Shown here in pieces: positions 1-7,728 of a stretch of DNA of 58,860 nt (positions within the stretch are counted from its first letter, which is position 1; each line of letters opens with the position of its first letter). A program made the translations under genes and the position numbers. The stretch is taken from positions 1 to 58,860 of the IMG/VR virus record IMGVR_UViG_3300045988_111499; one strand, 5' to 3'. The stretch is from a virus. A model generated the notes under the pieces. That model worked only from the letters and a program-made list of their open reading frames with translations. It was not told the DNA's origin and did no database searches.

Positions 1-119
1 GGGACACAGCACAAATTCAATGCTCAAGCATTACCAAGAATCGGTAAAAGAAAAAGATATTGAAATCAATAACGCAATGAATGACTACTTCTCTCGATTA
101 GATGAGACAACAAAAAAGA
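1..119 (+). repeat. Terminal overlap copy 1 (identical to 58742-58860)
   Basis: Direct comparison of window ends. The overlap lies inside the integrase reading frame, so it is a circular-assembly overlap rather than a biological terminal repeat. Confidence 0.95.
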
Positions 120-130
120 CAACAAAATAA
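1..130 (+). CDS. int: Integrase C-terminal end (same gene as 57822-58860 across the circular junction; stop TAA 128-130)
   Basis: Frame continuity checked: codon GGA at 2-4 matches 58743-58745. Translation reads ...GHSTNSMLKHYQESVKEKDIEINNAMNDYFSRLDETTKKTTK*. Confidence 0.85.
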   Translation, partial: GHSTNSMLKHYQESVKEKDIEINNAMNDYFSRLDETTKKTTK

Positions 131-201
131 ATTGTGAACGAAGAAAAACAATAGAAAAAGTGAGCTATAACGAGAAAAAGAGAGTTGTCAATACAATTTT
201 T

Positions 202-226
202 GCTGGTTCGAATCCAGTCACTCCGA
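202..226 (+). other. attP core candidate: tRNA 3' fragment (T-arm GCTGG-TTCGAAT-CCAGT plus acceptor 3' strand CACTCCG-A)
   Basis: Canonical GGTTCGAATCC T-loop with acceptor 3' strand, but no matching 5' acceptor, D or anticodon arm in the ~75 nt upstream. It lies immediately downstream of int. Confidence 0.6.
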
Positions 227-230
227 TGAC

Positions 231-267
231 AAAACTCTCGGTATATTCGCTATATCGAGAGTTTTTT
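231..267 (+). terminator. Rho-independent terminator after the tRNA fragment
   Basis: Stem AAAACTCTCG / CGAGAGTTTT around a 14-nt loop, followed by a T run. Confidence 0.65.
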
Positions 268-289
268 GTTGCTTATTTATAGTAAAATT

Positions 290-320
290 GCTATTACACA
301 TCGAATGTTCGTGTAATAGC
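290..320. repeat. Perfect 10-bp inverted repeat GCTATTACAC / GTGTAATAGC (11-bp spacer) in the attP arm
   Basis: Read directly. It is followed by two GAAATAC words at 325-331 and 359-365. Confidence 0.6.
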
Positions 321-452
321 TACCGAAATACTACAAAATTTTGTATTTGCATTTCCGTGAAATACAATATTTTTATTCTCTACAAATACCCCGAGACAAC
401 AAAAAGACAACAAGTTAGACAACAAATCATTAACAATAATTTCCATACAGTC

Positions 453-488
453 AAAAACAGGAGCTTTTTACAGCTCCCGTTTTTTTAT
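453..488 (-). terminator. Terminator closing the minus-strand late/accessory operon (bidirectional shape)
   Basis: Stem GGAGCT / AGCTCC flanked by an A run and a T run, directly after the stop at 485. Confidence 0.6.
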
Positions 489-961
489 TTTGCGATACAC
501 TTTCTGTAGACTGCTATCTTGTTTGAAACCGCGTCTTCGTCATCAAGAAAGTCATACGCTATTTTTGCGTAGAAGTCAGGATTGTTAAGTCCGAATTCCT
601 GCGCTGTGTTGTAGTAGTCCGAGTATGCCATGTTCATAGCCGCATAGAACGCTGTAGGATTACAGTCATAGCTGTGCTGCTTGCGTACATGTTCGGTCTG
701 GTCGTAATTCCAGTGTTCACCGCGTGAGCCGTCGGAATTTCTCATGCTGTGTGTCCATTCTTCGGCATCTTCTATTGTGAGCCGTCCTATACGCTCGCCC
801 TTGCCGTACTCTTTCATCTCGCGTTCGTAGTCTTCGAGACAGTCAAGACAAGATACAGTGTCCGATATAATCTCTATGTTGTGAGCATTAACAGGCATGT
901 CCATGTATTCGTCAAGACGTTTGCGAAGCTTTTCCTTGTATTCGTTTATGTTCATTATCAT
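485..961 (-). CDS. Hypothetical protein (158 aa), accessory block
   Basis: ORF track 485-1033. Start refined to ATG 961, which follows GGGAGGA and lies 1 nt after the upstream stop (963-965). Confidence 0.6.
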   Translation of the reverse strand: MIMNINEYKEKLRKRLDEYMDMPVNAHNIEIISDTVSCLDCLEDYEREMKEYGKGERIGRLTIEDAEEWTHSMRNSDGSRGEHWNYDQTEHVRKQHSYDCNPTAFYAAMNMAYSDYYNTAQEFGLNNPDFYAKIAYDFLDDEDAVSNKIAVYRKCIAK

Positions 962-962
962 C

Positions 963-1292
963 TTATTGTCCTCCCGCGCTGATGTATCTGTATAGCGAAT
1001 CAATGTCGTTCTCCGTGAAGACAATACCCGCAAATTCTATCTGCCCCGTCTTGTGAATCGCGTCTTTCGCCTGATTGTAAACCTTGTCAAGGTCGATGTT
1101 GCCGTTTTCATCAAAAAGCGTTGCAAACATATCATCTTTTGTCAGTGAAGTTATTGTGTCCGTTACCTTTTGATTTATTTGAGGAATCAGAAAGTACACC
1201 GCGAATTTCTTTACACCGACAGCCTTTTGAGCAATCTCGGTATCGATATAGTTTGCCAGTCCGCGTTGAATCTGCTGTACATTAACTATCAT
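963..1292 (-). CDS. Hypothetical protein (109 aa), accessory block
   Basis: ORF track 963-1301. Start refined to ATG 1292 (MIVNVQQ...) 8 nt after AAGGAG. Confidence 0.6.
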   Translation of the reverse strand: MIVNVQQIQRGLANYIDTEIAQKAVGVKKFAVYFLIPQINQKVTDTITSLTKDDMFATLFDENGNIDLDKVYNQAKDAIHKTGQIEFAGIVFTENDIDSLYRYISAGGQ

Positions 1293-1304
1293 AGCGCACA
1301 CTCC

Positions 1305-1751
1305 TTAGCAATAAGCTCTCTCAATCATAATGTTGGATACTGCTGATGTAAGAGCTGCACCGGTGTTCTCAACCTGAATTGCAAGAGGAAGATTAACGGG
1401 AAGAGAAGCGCAGTTGCCGAACGCACGAACCATAAACGGTATTGTCACATTGACTGTATCACCCACAGCAGCAGCCGTCGCACTGCCTATGTACACCGAT
1501 GTGCCGCCGACGTTGAGCGAGAATGAAACAAGTCCGGCAGCGGCAGAAATGGCAGATACATTATATGTAACTCTGTAATATCCCTGTTCAGTGATATTCA
1601 CTGTGTCCGCGCCGGAAGTTGTCACTTCAAATGTCTGACAGCAGTTTGTACGAGGACATACGCGCCTTGTGATGCTGCCGAGCGGCATGAGAGCATTGGC
1701 GGCAACCGCCTGAATATTTTTGTTTGTGAGCTGAATCATTCTGTAATTCAT
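1305..1751 (-). CDS. Small beta-rich protein; possible C1q/TNF-like (BclA C-terminal-like) fold, tentative
   Basis: 148-aa ORF rich in alternating V/T/S/A strands. The fold assignment is an impression only. Confidence 0.5.
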   Translation of the reverse strand: MNYRMIQLTNKNIQAVAANALMPLGSITRRVCPRTNCCQTFEVTTSGADTVNITEQGYYRVTYNVSAISAAAGLVSFSLNVGGTSVYIGSATAAAVGDTVNVTIPFMVRAFGNCASLPVNLPLAIQVENTGAALTSAVSNIMIERAYC

Positions 1752-1833
1752 ATTTATATCTCCTTGTTATAAAAAATTGGGAGAGCTGCCGCCCTCCCTG
1801 AATCTGTATTGAGCGGATTGTTTAATCCATTAC

Positions 1834-2379
1834 TTACATATTGCCGTTGCAAGTTCCACAGCCTGTGTTGCAGATAACTCTCTGCGGTACTACCGTCTGA
1901 GTTATTGCATTCACGGCAGCGGTTACGGAATCAACCTGTCCTTTAAGAGTAGTAATGCCAGTGGTGGTAGTTGCATTGATAACAGCCTGTTCAGTCCACT
2001 TTGCATTCTGTGTTTCTCTAAGGTCTTTAATCTGTCCGTCAGTCCACTTGTAAAGGTCAAGAATCTTCGCGTCCGTAGACTGTTCTGCTTTGAGCTGAGC
2101 TATCTCCATATCCTTTGAGTAATTCTCACGGATGAGGTTTATCTCGCAGGATGTGACTTTTCTGTCCGCTTCAAGCTGTCCGCTGTTGGAAGCAGAATTC
2201 ACAAGCGCGGGAATAGCAGCCATAGCGGCGATTGTGGCAGTGTCAGACGGTTGTCTGTTGCCCCCGAGAATACCGCCGAGAATGTTTCCTGCGCCGCCGT
2301 TAGCGACAGCAAGTCCGCCGAGAGTTGTTCCGATTATGCCAAGTGCAGTAGTGCCTTTTCCGGCTACCCATTCAGCCAT
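1834..2379 (-). CDS. Protein with Gly-zipper hydrophobic N-terminus, central coiled coil and Cys-rich C-terminal tail (..VICNTGCGTCNGNM)
   Basis: ORF track 1834-2385. ATG 2379 is 9 nt after GGAGG. Its own transcription unit begins after the hairpin at 2440-2492. Confidence 0.6.
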   Translation of the reverse strand: MAEWVAGKGTTALGIIGTTLGGLAVANGGAGNILGGILGGNRQPSDTATIAAMAAIPALVNSASNSGQLEADRKVTSCEINLIRENYSKDMEIAQLKAEQSTDAKILDLYKWTDGQIKDLRETQNAKWTEQAVINATTTTGITTLKGQVDSVTAAVNAITQTVVPQRVICNTGCGTCNGNM

Positions 2380-2439
2380 TTTCAAATACCTCCGAAAATA
2401 TATTTATCACCGAACGTTGCGCACCGCCCGAAGACATAC

Positions 2440-2492
2440 AAAAAAATCTCTCTGTATCTGATACCATTGTACCATCGCAGAGAGATTTTTTC
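2440..2492 (-). terminator. Hairpin ATCTCTCTG / CAGAGAGAT flanked by A and T runs (large 23-nt loop)
   Basis: Read directly. It lies just downstream of the stop at 2510. Confidence 0.45.
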
Positions 2493-2509
2493 TTTCGTTA
2501 TTTTTGCGT

Positions 2510-2767
2510 TTATTTTGCGTTTATTTTGCCTTGTTTTTGCAAGAGACGGACGAGCCGTATCAGTGCCGGTTTGTGCCACTTTGAAACCGTCGAGTAATCG
2601 CGCCCGACAGCATCACACACGTCCTCCAGACACCCGCGCTCCACATAGAGGATTTTGAGCAGCCGTTTGTACTCCGGTCGGAGATTGCACTTGTCGATAG
2701 CCGAGGATATCAATTCCGTATCGTCTATCTCCTGCACCGCGTTTTTCTGCCGCACGTGCTCCGTCAA
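2510..2767 (-). CDS. Small HTH protein, sigma-70 region-4-like (possible late-gene regulator)
   Basis: 85 aa. The segment ..LYVERGCLEDVCDAVGRDYSTVSKWHKPALIRL.. resembles a region-4 HTH. Confidence 0.5.
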   Translation of the reverse strand: MTEHVRQKNAVQEIDDTELISSAIDKCNLRPEYKRLLKILYVERGCLEDVCDAVGRDYSTVSKWHKPALIRLVRLLQKQGKINAK

Positions 2768-2770
2768 TCT

Positions 2771-3040
2771 TTACGCCTCCTTGTCCTCGCTTTCTGCTGA
2801 TTCAATAATGCTTTTCACGCCCTCCGCGTCAATCCGTGCCGCGTCAACTTTGCTCTCGCCGTAGATGTAGCCGATAATTGAGGATATCGCCGTAATCGCA
2901 CCCGCAACCTTGCCCGCAATCTCGCCGTAGTCACTCTCGCCCACGCCAAACGACATTGCCACGCCAATAATGATACCGATGATTGTCACCCACAGTTTTC
3001 TTGATGTCAGCTTCTGTTTCCAGTTGATTTTGTTGTCCAT
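2771..3040 (-). CDS. Holin (Phage_holin_4_1-like)
   Basis: Start refined to ATG 3040 (MDNKINWKQKLTSRKLWVTIIG...) after AAGGAG. Has TM segments and lies in the lysis cluster. Confidence 0.6.
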   Translation of the reverse strand: MDNKINWKQKLTSRKLWVTIIGIIIGVAMSFGVGESDYGEIAGKVAGAITAISSIIGYIYGESKVDAARIDAEGVKSIIESAESEDKEA

Positions 3041-3041
3041 A

Positions 3042-3329
3042 TTATTCTCCTTTTTCATCTTCATAAGTTATTTCTTCCTCTCCGTAATCGGAGCGATATT
3101 CTTGTTTGATTTTTTCACGATTTTCCATTGCTGACTTGATGAGATATCCCACCACGCCGCAGCCCATGGGAGCGCCGATGTATGTCAGCAGTCCGTCAAG
3201 AGATGCCATGTCTGGAGCGATTATCAGCTGCACCACAAGATAGCACATTCCGAAAACCGCACCCACAAACCACAGCTTCACAATTGCGGACAGCGTTCTC
3301 TTTGAGTATTCAACGTCTTTCTTTTTCAT
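3042..3329 (-). CDS. Small membrane protein, holin/antiholin-like
   Basis: 95 aa with two hydrophobic segments, lying between the endolysin and the holin. Confidence 0.5.
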   Translation of the reverse strand: MKKKDVEYSKRTLSAIVKLWFVGAVFGMCYLVVQLIIAPDMASLDGLLTYIGAPMGCGVVGYLIKSAMENREKIKQEYRSDYGEEEITYEDEKGE

Positions 3330-3358
3330 GACTGCGTTAAAACTGCGTTAAATCTGCG

Positions 3359-4564
3359 TTAAAACGCAATAATGTTGTTGACCGCACGACTGCCGCCCGT
3401 TGACCGTCTCTTGATTCCCTCGACACGGATATATGAGCCGCCGCCGTCAAGAGCGATAACGTCCTCAAAGCCTTCGCCTTGTATCTTTCGCCAAACCTCG
3501 CCGGACTTGATGTAGTTTGCCGAGGTGGTTTTGAGAGTGAGTACCCATATCTCGCCGCTTCTGATGCCGAGCATGTTTCTCGACGTGCCGTAGGTGGTGG
3601 AGCTGTCCCAGCCCTCCGCGTTAACATAGCTCATGTCGACAGGCTTTTTGCCGACCACAACAGGCACTCCGCTGACGGCGTACTTGATTCCCGACGGGAT
3701 TTTGTCAACACGTTCGATTGTCGGCTTGCCCGAGTACGGCACGAGCAGTGTTGACACCTTTTTGCCCGCAAACTGCTTTGTCGCGTTGTCGGCGATACTG
3801 TACACAAGGTGGTTGCCGTAGACGTGTTCAAAAAGATTTCCCTTAGCCGCCGCCGGAATTTCCTTGATATCGCACGCGAGATTAGCGACGGGGAGCGTGT
3901 ACACCTCGCCGTCCTCCGAGCGGTAATTTGCGAAGAAGCCGCCGTTGATGTATCTCTTCACTCCGCCCTTGCGCTTGTCCGCGTCATGATAGATTATCGC
4001 AAAGTTTTTAGCGCGGGTGTATGTGATGCCGTCCTTGTCGTAGCTGTCCTTGATGTTGGTATTGCCTTTTTTGCCGGACACATCGAGACTGATGTTTGTG
4101 TTCACGTTTTTTTCTCCTTTTGATGTGGATTTGATGTCGTACTGTCCCCACTCGTTAGGTATGCCGAGATATGGTGTCGGGTCTACGGATTCACCGTTTT
4201 TGCGGACCTCAAAATGACAATGTGAGCCGAAGGAATATCCCGTGTTGCCCTCGATTCCTACTACGTCCCCCGCCTTGACCTTTTGTCCAACTTTGACTTT
4301 TCGCGCCGCCATGTGACACATGAATATCTTAAGTCCGTCCGGTGTGTCAATGCGAATGTAGTTGCCCCACTGCCATGTAAGATTAGACTTGTCCGTGATG
4401 ATTGTCGACGAGCCGATAACTCCGTCACAAGGCGCAACAAGCGTTTTGTCCGTACCGCTGAGGTCTACGCCTTTGTGGTAGTCGCGCTGTCCGTTGAGCG
4501 TGCGCCAGCCAAAGTGTGATGTGAGCGTGACCTTGCCGGATTGATAAGGGAGATTCATTTTCAC
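3359..4564 (-). CDS. Endolysin: N-terminal M23 peptidase plus C-terminal domain ending ..ALDGGGSY.. (phosphodiester-glycosidase-like)
   Basis: YHKGVDL (HxxxD) and GSHCHFEV (HxH) M23 motifs. Flanked by holin-like genes. Confidence 0.8.
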   Translation of the reverse strand: MKMNLPYQSGKVTLTSHFGWRTLNGQRDYHKGVDLSGTDKTLVAPCDGVIGSSTIITDKSNLTWQWGNYIRIDTPDGLKIFMCHMAARKVKVGQKVKAGDVVGIEGNTGYSFGSHCHFEVRKNGESVDPTPYLGIPNEWGQYDIKSTSKGEKNVNTNISLDVSGKKGNTNIKDSYDKDGITYTRAKNFAIIYHDADKRKGGVKRYINGGFFANYRSEDGEVYTLPVANLACDIKEIPAAAKGNLFEHVYGNHLVYSIADNATKQFAGKKVSTLLVPYSGKPTIERVDKIPSGIKYAVSGVPVVVGKKPVDMSYVNAEGWDSSTTYGTSRNMLGIRSGEIWVLTLKTTSANYIKSGEVWRKIQGEGFEDVIALDGGGSYIRVEGIKRRSTGGSRAVNNIIAF

Positions 4565-4890
4565 TGCGCGTTACCTCCGTCGTGCGGCGGTTCTGTCGGT
4601 AAGTCCATCACTTGATGATAGAGCTGTGTCGCAACGTCATTGCCGCCGAGGTTGTGGTAAGCCGCGTAGGCGCGTTTGAGAGCTTCCTTTGCATATATCG
4701 GGCAATATCCCCTGTCGAGATACTTGTCGTGATTGCGGATTATCTCTGCACGGAGAAGGCACTTTAAACCTTCCTCGAGCGCACTTTCATGCTTTTTGCG
4801 GAGCTTGATGTAAGTGACCGCCCATGTGATTATACCGCCGCACACAGCAGGGATGAGCCATTTCAAAATTATCATTACGACCTCTTTCAT
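4561..4890 (-). CDS. N-terminally membrane-anchored protein of the lysis cluster
   Basis: 109 aa with an N-terminal TM segment (IILKWLIPAVCGGIITWAV). Overlaps the endolysin start. Confidence 0.5.
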   Translation of the reverse strand: MKEVVMIILKWLIPAVCGGIITWAVTYIKLRKKHESALEEGLKCLLRAEIIRNHDKYLDRGYCPIYAKEALKRAYAAYHNLGGNDVATQLYHQVMDLPTEPPHDGGNAQ

Positions 4891-5408
4891 ATTTCCACAA
4901 CCTCCACATAAATTCCGACAAGCTCACTCAGTTTGTTGTACACAGGATTTCCCGTATCACGGTTGCAGATGTACGTCACGTTGTCCTCGATGTAGTACTT
5001 GCCGCTCACGAGAGCCATGTTGCCCTCATACGGTATCGGGTCATACTTTGTACCGTCATGCACTTCGTCAATCCTTTCATATAGGCTTGCCGTGATGTCT
5101 GGAGTCCATGTCTCCTGCGAGGTGTGCGCCTGTATGACCTTGTAGAGCTTGCCGAGATACTGCACCTTGTAGCCGACAGTGTACGCCGTGTCTTTTGCCC
5201 ACTCGGGATAAAACGCCGTCATTCGTACCGCCGTAGCGTCGTCGACGGACAGGGTGTTAATCTGCGCCGTGATGAGCATTGACATTACTTCGTTTTCGCT
5301 AATCGGACGGTGCTTTGCTTCTGCCGCCGCTCTTGCCGCCATTTCGTTGTACTGTGCTTCTTCTTCCGCCGTCATTTCGCGGATTACTCCGTTGATACAT
5401 ATTTTCAT
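4887..5408 (-). CDS. Tail-associated protein with chitin/carbohydrate-binding-like C-terminal motif
   Basis: Start refined to ATG 5408 (MKICINGV..). The segment YKVQYLGKLYKVIQAHTSQETWTPD resembles the CBM5/12 signature. Confidence 0.5.
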   Translation of the reverse strand: MKICINGVIREMTAEEEAQYNEMAARAAAEAKHRPISENEVMSMLITAQINTLSVDDATAVRMTAFYPEWAKDTAYTVGYKVQYLGKLYKVIQAHTSQETWTPDITASLYERIDEVHDGTKYDPIPYEGNMALVSGKYYIEDNVTYICNRDTGNPVYNKLSELVGIYVEVVEI

Positions 5409-5421
5409 TTTTTGCCATCCT

Positions 5422-6765
5422 TTATCTGCCGTATATTGTGATTTTGCCTGATACTGGCGCATATGTGGTGTTTGCCGTTGCCATTTTTATTGATGTAGCT
5501 TTGCCAACTCCAAACACAACATTATATGGGATATATGCGGTTGATGGAGCGAGATTGGTTGCGGATATAGCTTTGCCCGCCTTGTGGCATTCCCAGACCA
5601 TTCCGTTATATTTTGCTATTGCGTAGTTATAAGCCAACCCGCCGCTCTTTGGTACATCCACAAAATTGACACATACTTTTATTCCATTTATGTATAAATT
5701 TTGCGCCGAATCCGTGCTTGTAGCATTTTGCAGTTCGCTATTAATCGTTAAAAATTCCGTGTAATTGTCCAGTCCCGTGACTTCAAAAGCTGCGGTTGCC
5801 TCCGTTACCTCAACCTCGAGGATTTTAGTCCATTCTTTTTCTGTTCCCCCACTCGGCATATCCACCGCTTCCCACTCCGTCGGCTTGCCTGACGTATCGA
5901 CAGACTTCACTTTGATAATCTGCCCGACGGCTGCCGTAGCCGGAGCGGTTATCTTCTCGGCGAGAGCTGCCGTCACGACTTTGTTCTGCACGGGATTTTC
6001 TGAGGTTGACGAGAGCGCGTCGTCGACGGTGACGGAGCTGCCTGACGGCTTGTCCTGCGGGACTACGATTCCGTCTTCTCCAATGCCGAGGATTTTTCCC
6101 GCGTTGGCTACGCCTTGATTTTTGTCGAGTTTTGTGCCGATTGCTTGAGCAATTTCTTGTAAATTTTCTTCATAATTTTCAGCCGGTACATAGTTATGGA
6201 GTATATCTGTCAAGGCGGTGTTTGTGACGTAGTCGCCTGTTTTGGTGACATCTGTTGTTTGTGAGGAAAGATTTAAACTTCCACTCCAAACAGCTCCCGC
6301 ACCATCATATACGGTTATATCTACTCTACCATAGTTCATTCTCCCAAATATTACGAGCATAGGAGACGACATTCCGGTTGGCACAGTTTGGTCATAGTCG
6401 ACAGGAGAGATTATGCCATACCCAACACCCATGTTGTATAAATTAATGATATTATCAGCTTTAAGGTCTAACCAATATCTGACTGTTGGAATAGGCGAAG
6501 CTCCAATGTTGGTTCTCGCCTGCGCCTTCTGCTCGTCCGTCAGCGTTTGCTCCACGTACTGCACCGCGTTAGCCGAGCCGCCACCGCCCCCCTCTGCGGA
6601 CAGCACACCGTTTTTATCCACCGACAGCCCGCTGCCGAGCGTGGAGAACGGCTTGTTCTGCACCATCTCCCATGTGGGGGTGTCACCGCCACCTACAGCA
6701 GGGATATAATGCCACTGCCCATCCGAACCCTTCACTTTGAGCAGGTCTTTTTCTATTTTCGGCAT
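5422..6765 (-). CDS. Tail fibre / receptor-binding protein
   Basis: 447 aa. Shares the cassette VTVDDALSSTSENPVQNKVVTAALAEKI with the 568-aa fibre protein. Confidence 0.65.
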   Translation of the reverse strand: MPKIEKDLLKVKGSDGQWHYIPAVGGGDTPTWEMVQNKPFSTLGSGLSVDKNGVLSAEGGGGGSANAVQYVEQTLTDEQKAQARTNIGASPIPTVRYWLDLKADNIINLYNMGVGYGIISPVDYDQTVPTGMSSPMLVIFGRMNYGRVDITVYDGAGAVWSGSLNLSSQTTDVTKTGDYVTNTALTDILHNYVPAENYEENLQEIAQAIGTKLDKNQGVANAGKILGIGEDGIVVPQDKPSGSSVTVDDALSSTSENPVQNKVVTAALAEKITAPATAAVGQIIKVKSVDTSGKPTEWEAVDMPSGGTEKEWTKILEVEVTEATAAFEVTGLDNYTEFLTINSELQNATSTDSAQNLYINGIKVCVNFVDVPKSGGLAYNYAIAKYNGMVWECHKAGKAISATNLAPSTAYIPYNVVFGVGKATSIKMATANTTYAPVSGKITIYGR

Positions 6766-6807
6766 TTGTCTAAAATCACTCCTTTAGTTATAGAATATCT
6801 CATCTTG

Positions 6808-7728
6808 TCAGCCAATTTCTATTTCATTCGACTTATAGACAAGCAGGTAATTATATTGTGCGCCAGTATTGAACATGCGATAGCTATTTGTTGACGATAT
6901 CGACAACACAAATGTCGTATTTGTAACTGATTCTTCAAAAGAGGCATCTCCATAAACCAAAAACTCATCATAACTATTGCCATACACCCCGCAAACGGCT
7001 ATTGACTGAGCACTTTCCGGAAATCTGCTATAGCTGATTACTCCATTTAATGAAGCATTAGCATCGGATTTAGTCATTGCAACTGCGACCATCTTAAGAG
7101 AGTATCCGGAAACATTTTCATTTAAACTAATGCCCAATGTACTCTTTGAATATGGGCTTGCAGTTCCAGAAAACACCTTCACTTTGTCGTTGCTGCCACT
7201 GGATGCTCCTTCATAACTTCCACTAACCCCAAAAATTGAAACGCCTTTTTTTATGTTACCCGCAGTCAGATTTGAATCTCCGTTAACATATATGTTGCCA
7301 ATAGTGTATCGCCACGCTGGCACTACCAACTGTCTTGTAGTGCCGGGATAAACGTCCTTCCCCTTCTGCGTCGTCATTTGATTAGTTGCACTTTTCGTCC
7401 CGGCAGAAACATAGCCTTCGCTTTGCGTTGCCAATGCAGTAATAAGCCCATCCGTTGCAACTGTTATAGCCGGAGTTGCTTGAACTACCGACTTGACAGC
7501 TTCGACAGTAACCTTGCTAAGTCCGTCGTAGGTCGAATCGGGAGTAATCACCTGTTCGCTTGTGCTCGGCGTAGCTGGCTTTTCTTGCAGTTTTATCGGG
7601 CTTACTATGATTTTGTCAAATCCGTCGTATCCCTCGCTCGGCGTTATCTCCTGTTGGACTGTTGTGGATTTGACATTTTTCTGTTGAAATTCCGGCACTT
7701 TGGAATTTCCGTGAATCAAAATCGGCAT
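6808..7728 (-). CDS. Tail fibre-associated structural protein
   Basis: 306 aa, S/T/G-rich, lying between two fibre genes. Confidence 0.5.
   Translation of the reverse strand: MPILIHGNSKVPEFQQKNVKSTTVQQEITPSEGYDGFDKIIVSPIKLQEKPATPSTSEQVITPDSTYDGLSKVTVEAVKSVVQATPAITVATDGLITALATQSEGYVSAGTKSATNQMTTQKGKDVYPGTTRQLVVPAWRYTIGNIYVNGDSNLTAGNIKKGVSIFGVSGSYEGASSGSNDKVKVFSGTASPYSKSTLGISLNENVSGYSLKMVAVAMTKSDANASLNGVISYSRFPESAQSIAVCGVYGNSYDEFLVYGDASFEESVTNTTFVLSISSTNSYRMFNTGAQYNYLLVYKSNEIEIG

Noticed and set aside
288-509. 73-aa plus-strand ORF in the attP arm
   Set aside because: AT-rich low-complexity translation with no RBS. It overlaps the inverted repeat, the arm-type repeats and the terminator of the opposing operon.
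3337-4519. Track ORFs nested in or antisense to the endolysin gene (3337-3627, 3479-3754, 3631-3831, 3633-3821, 3809-4123, 4283-4519)
   Set aside because: They lie entirely within the well-supported M23 endolysin CDS, have no RBS and have biased junk composition. The same reasoning applies to the many other short antisense ORFs in the track.
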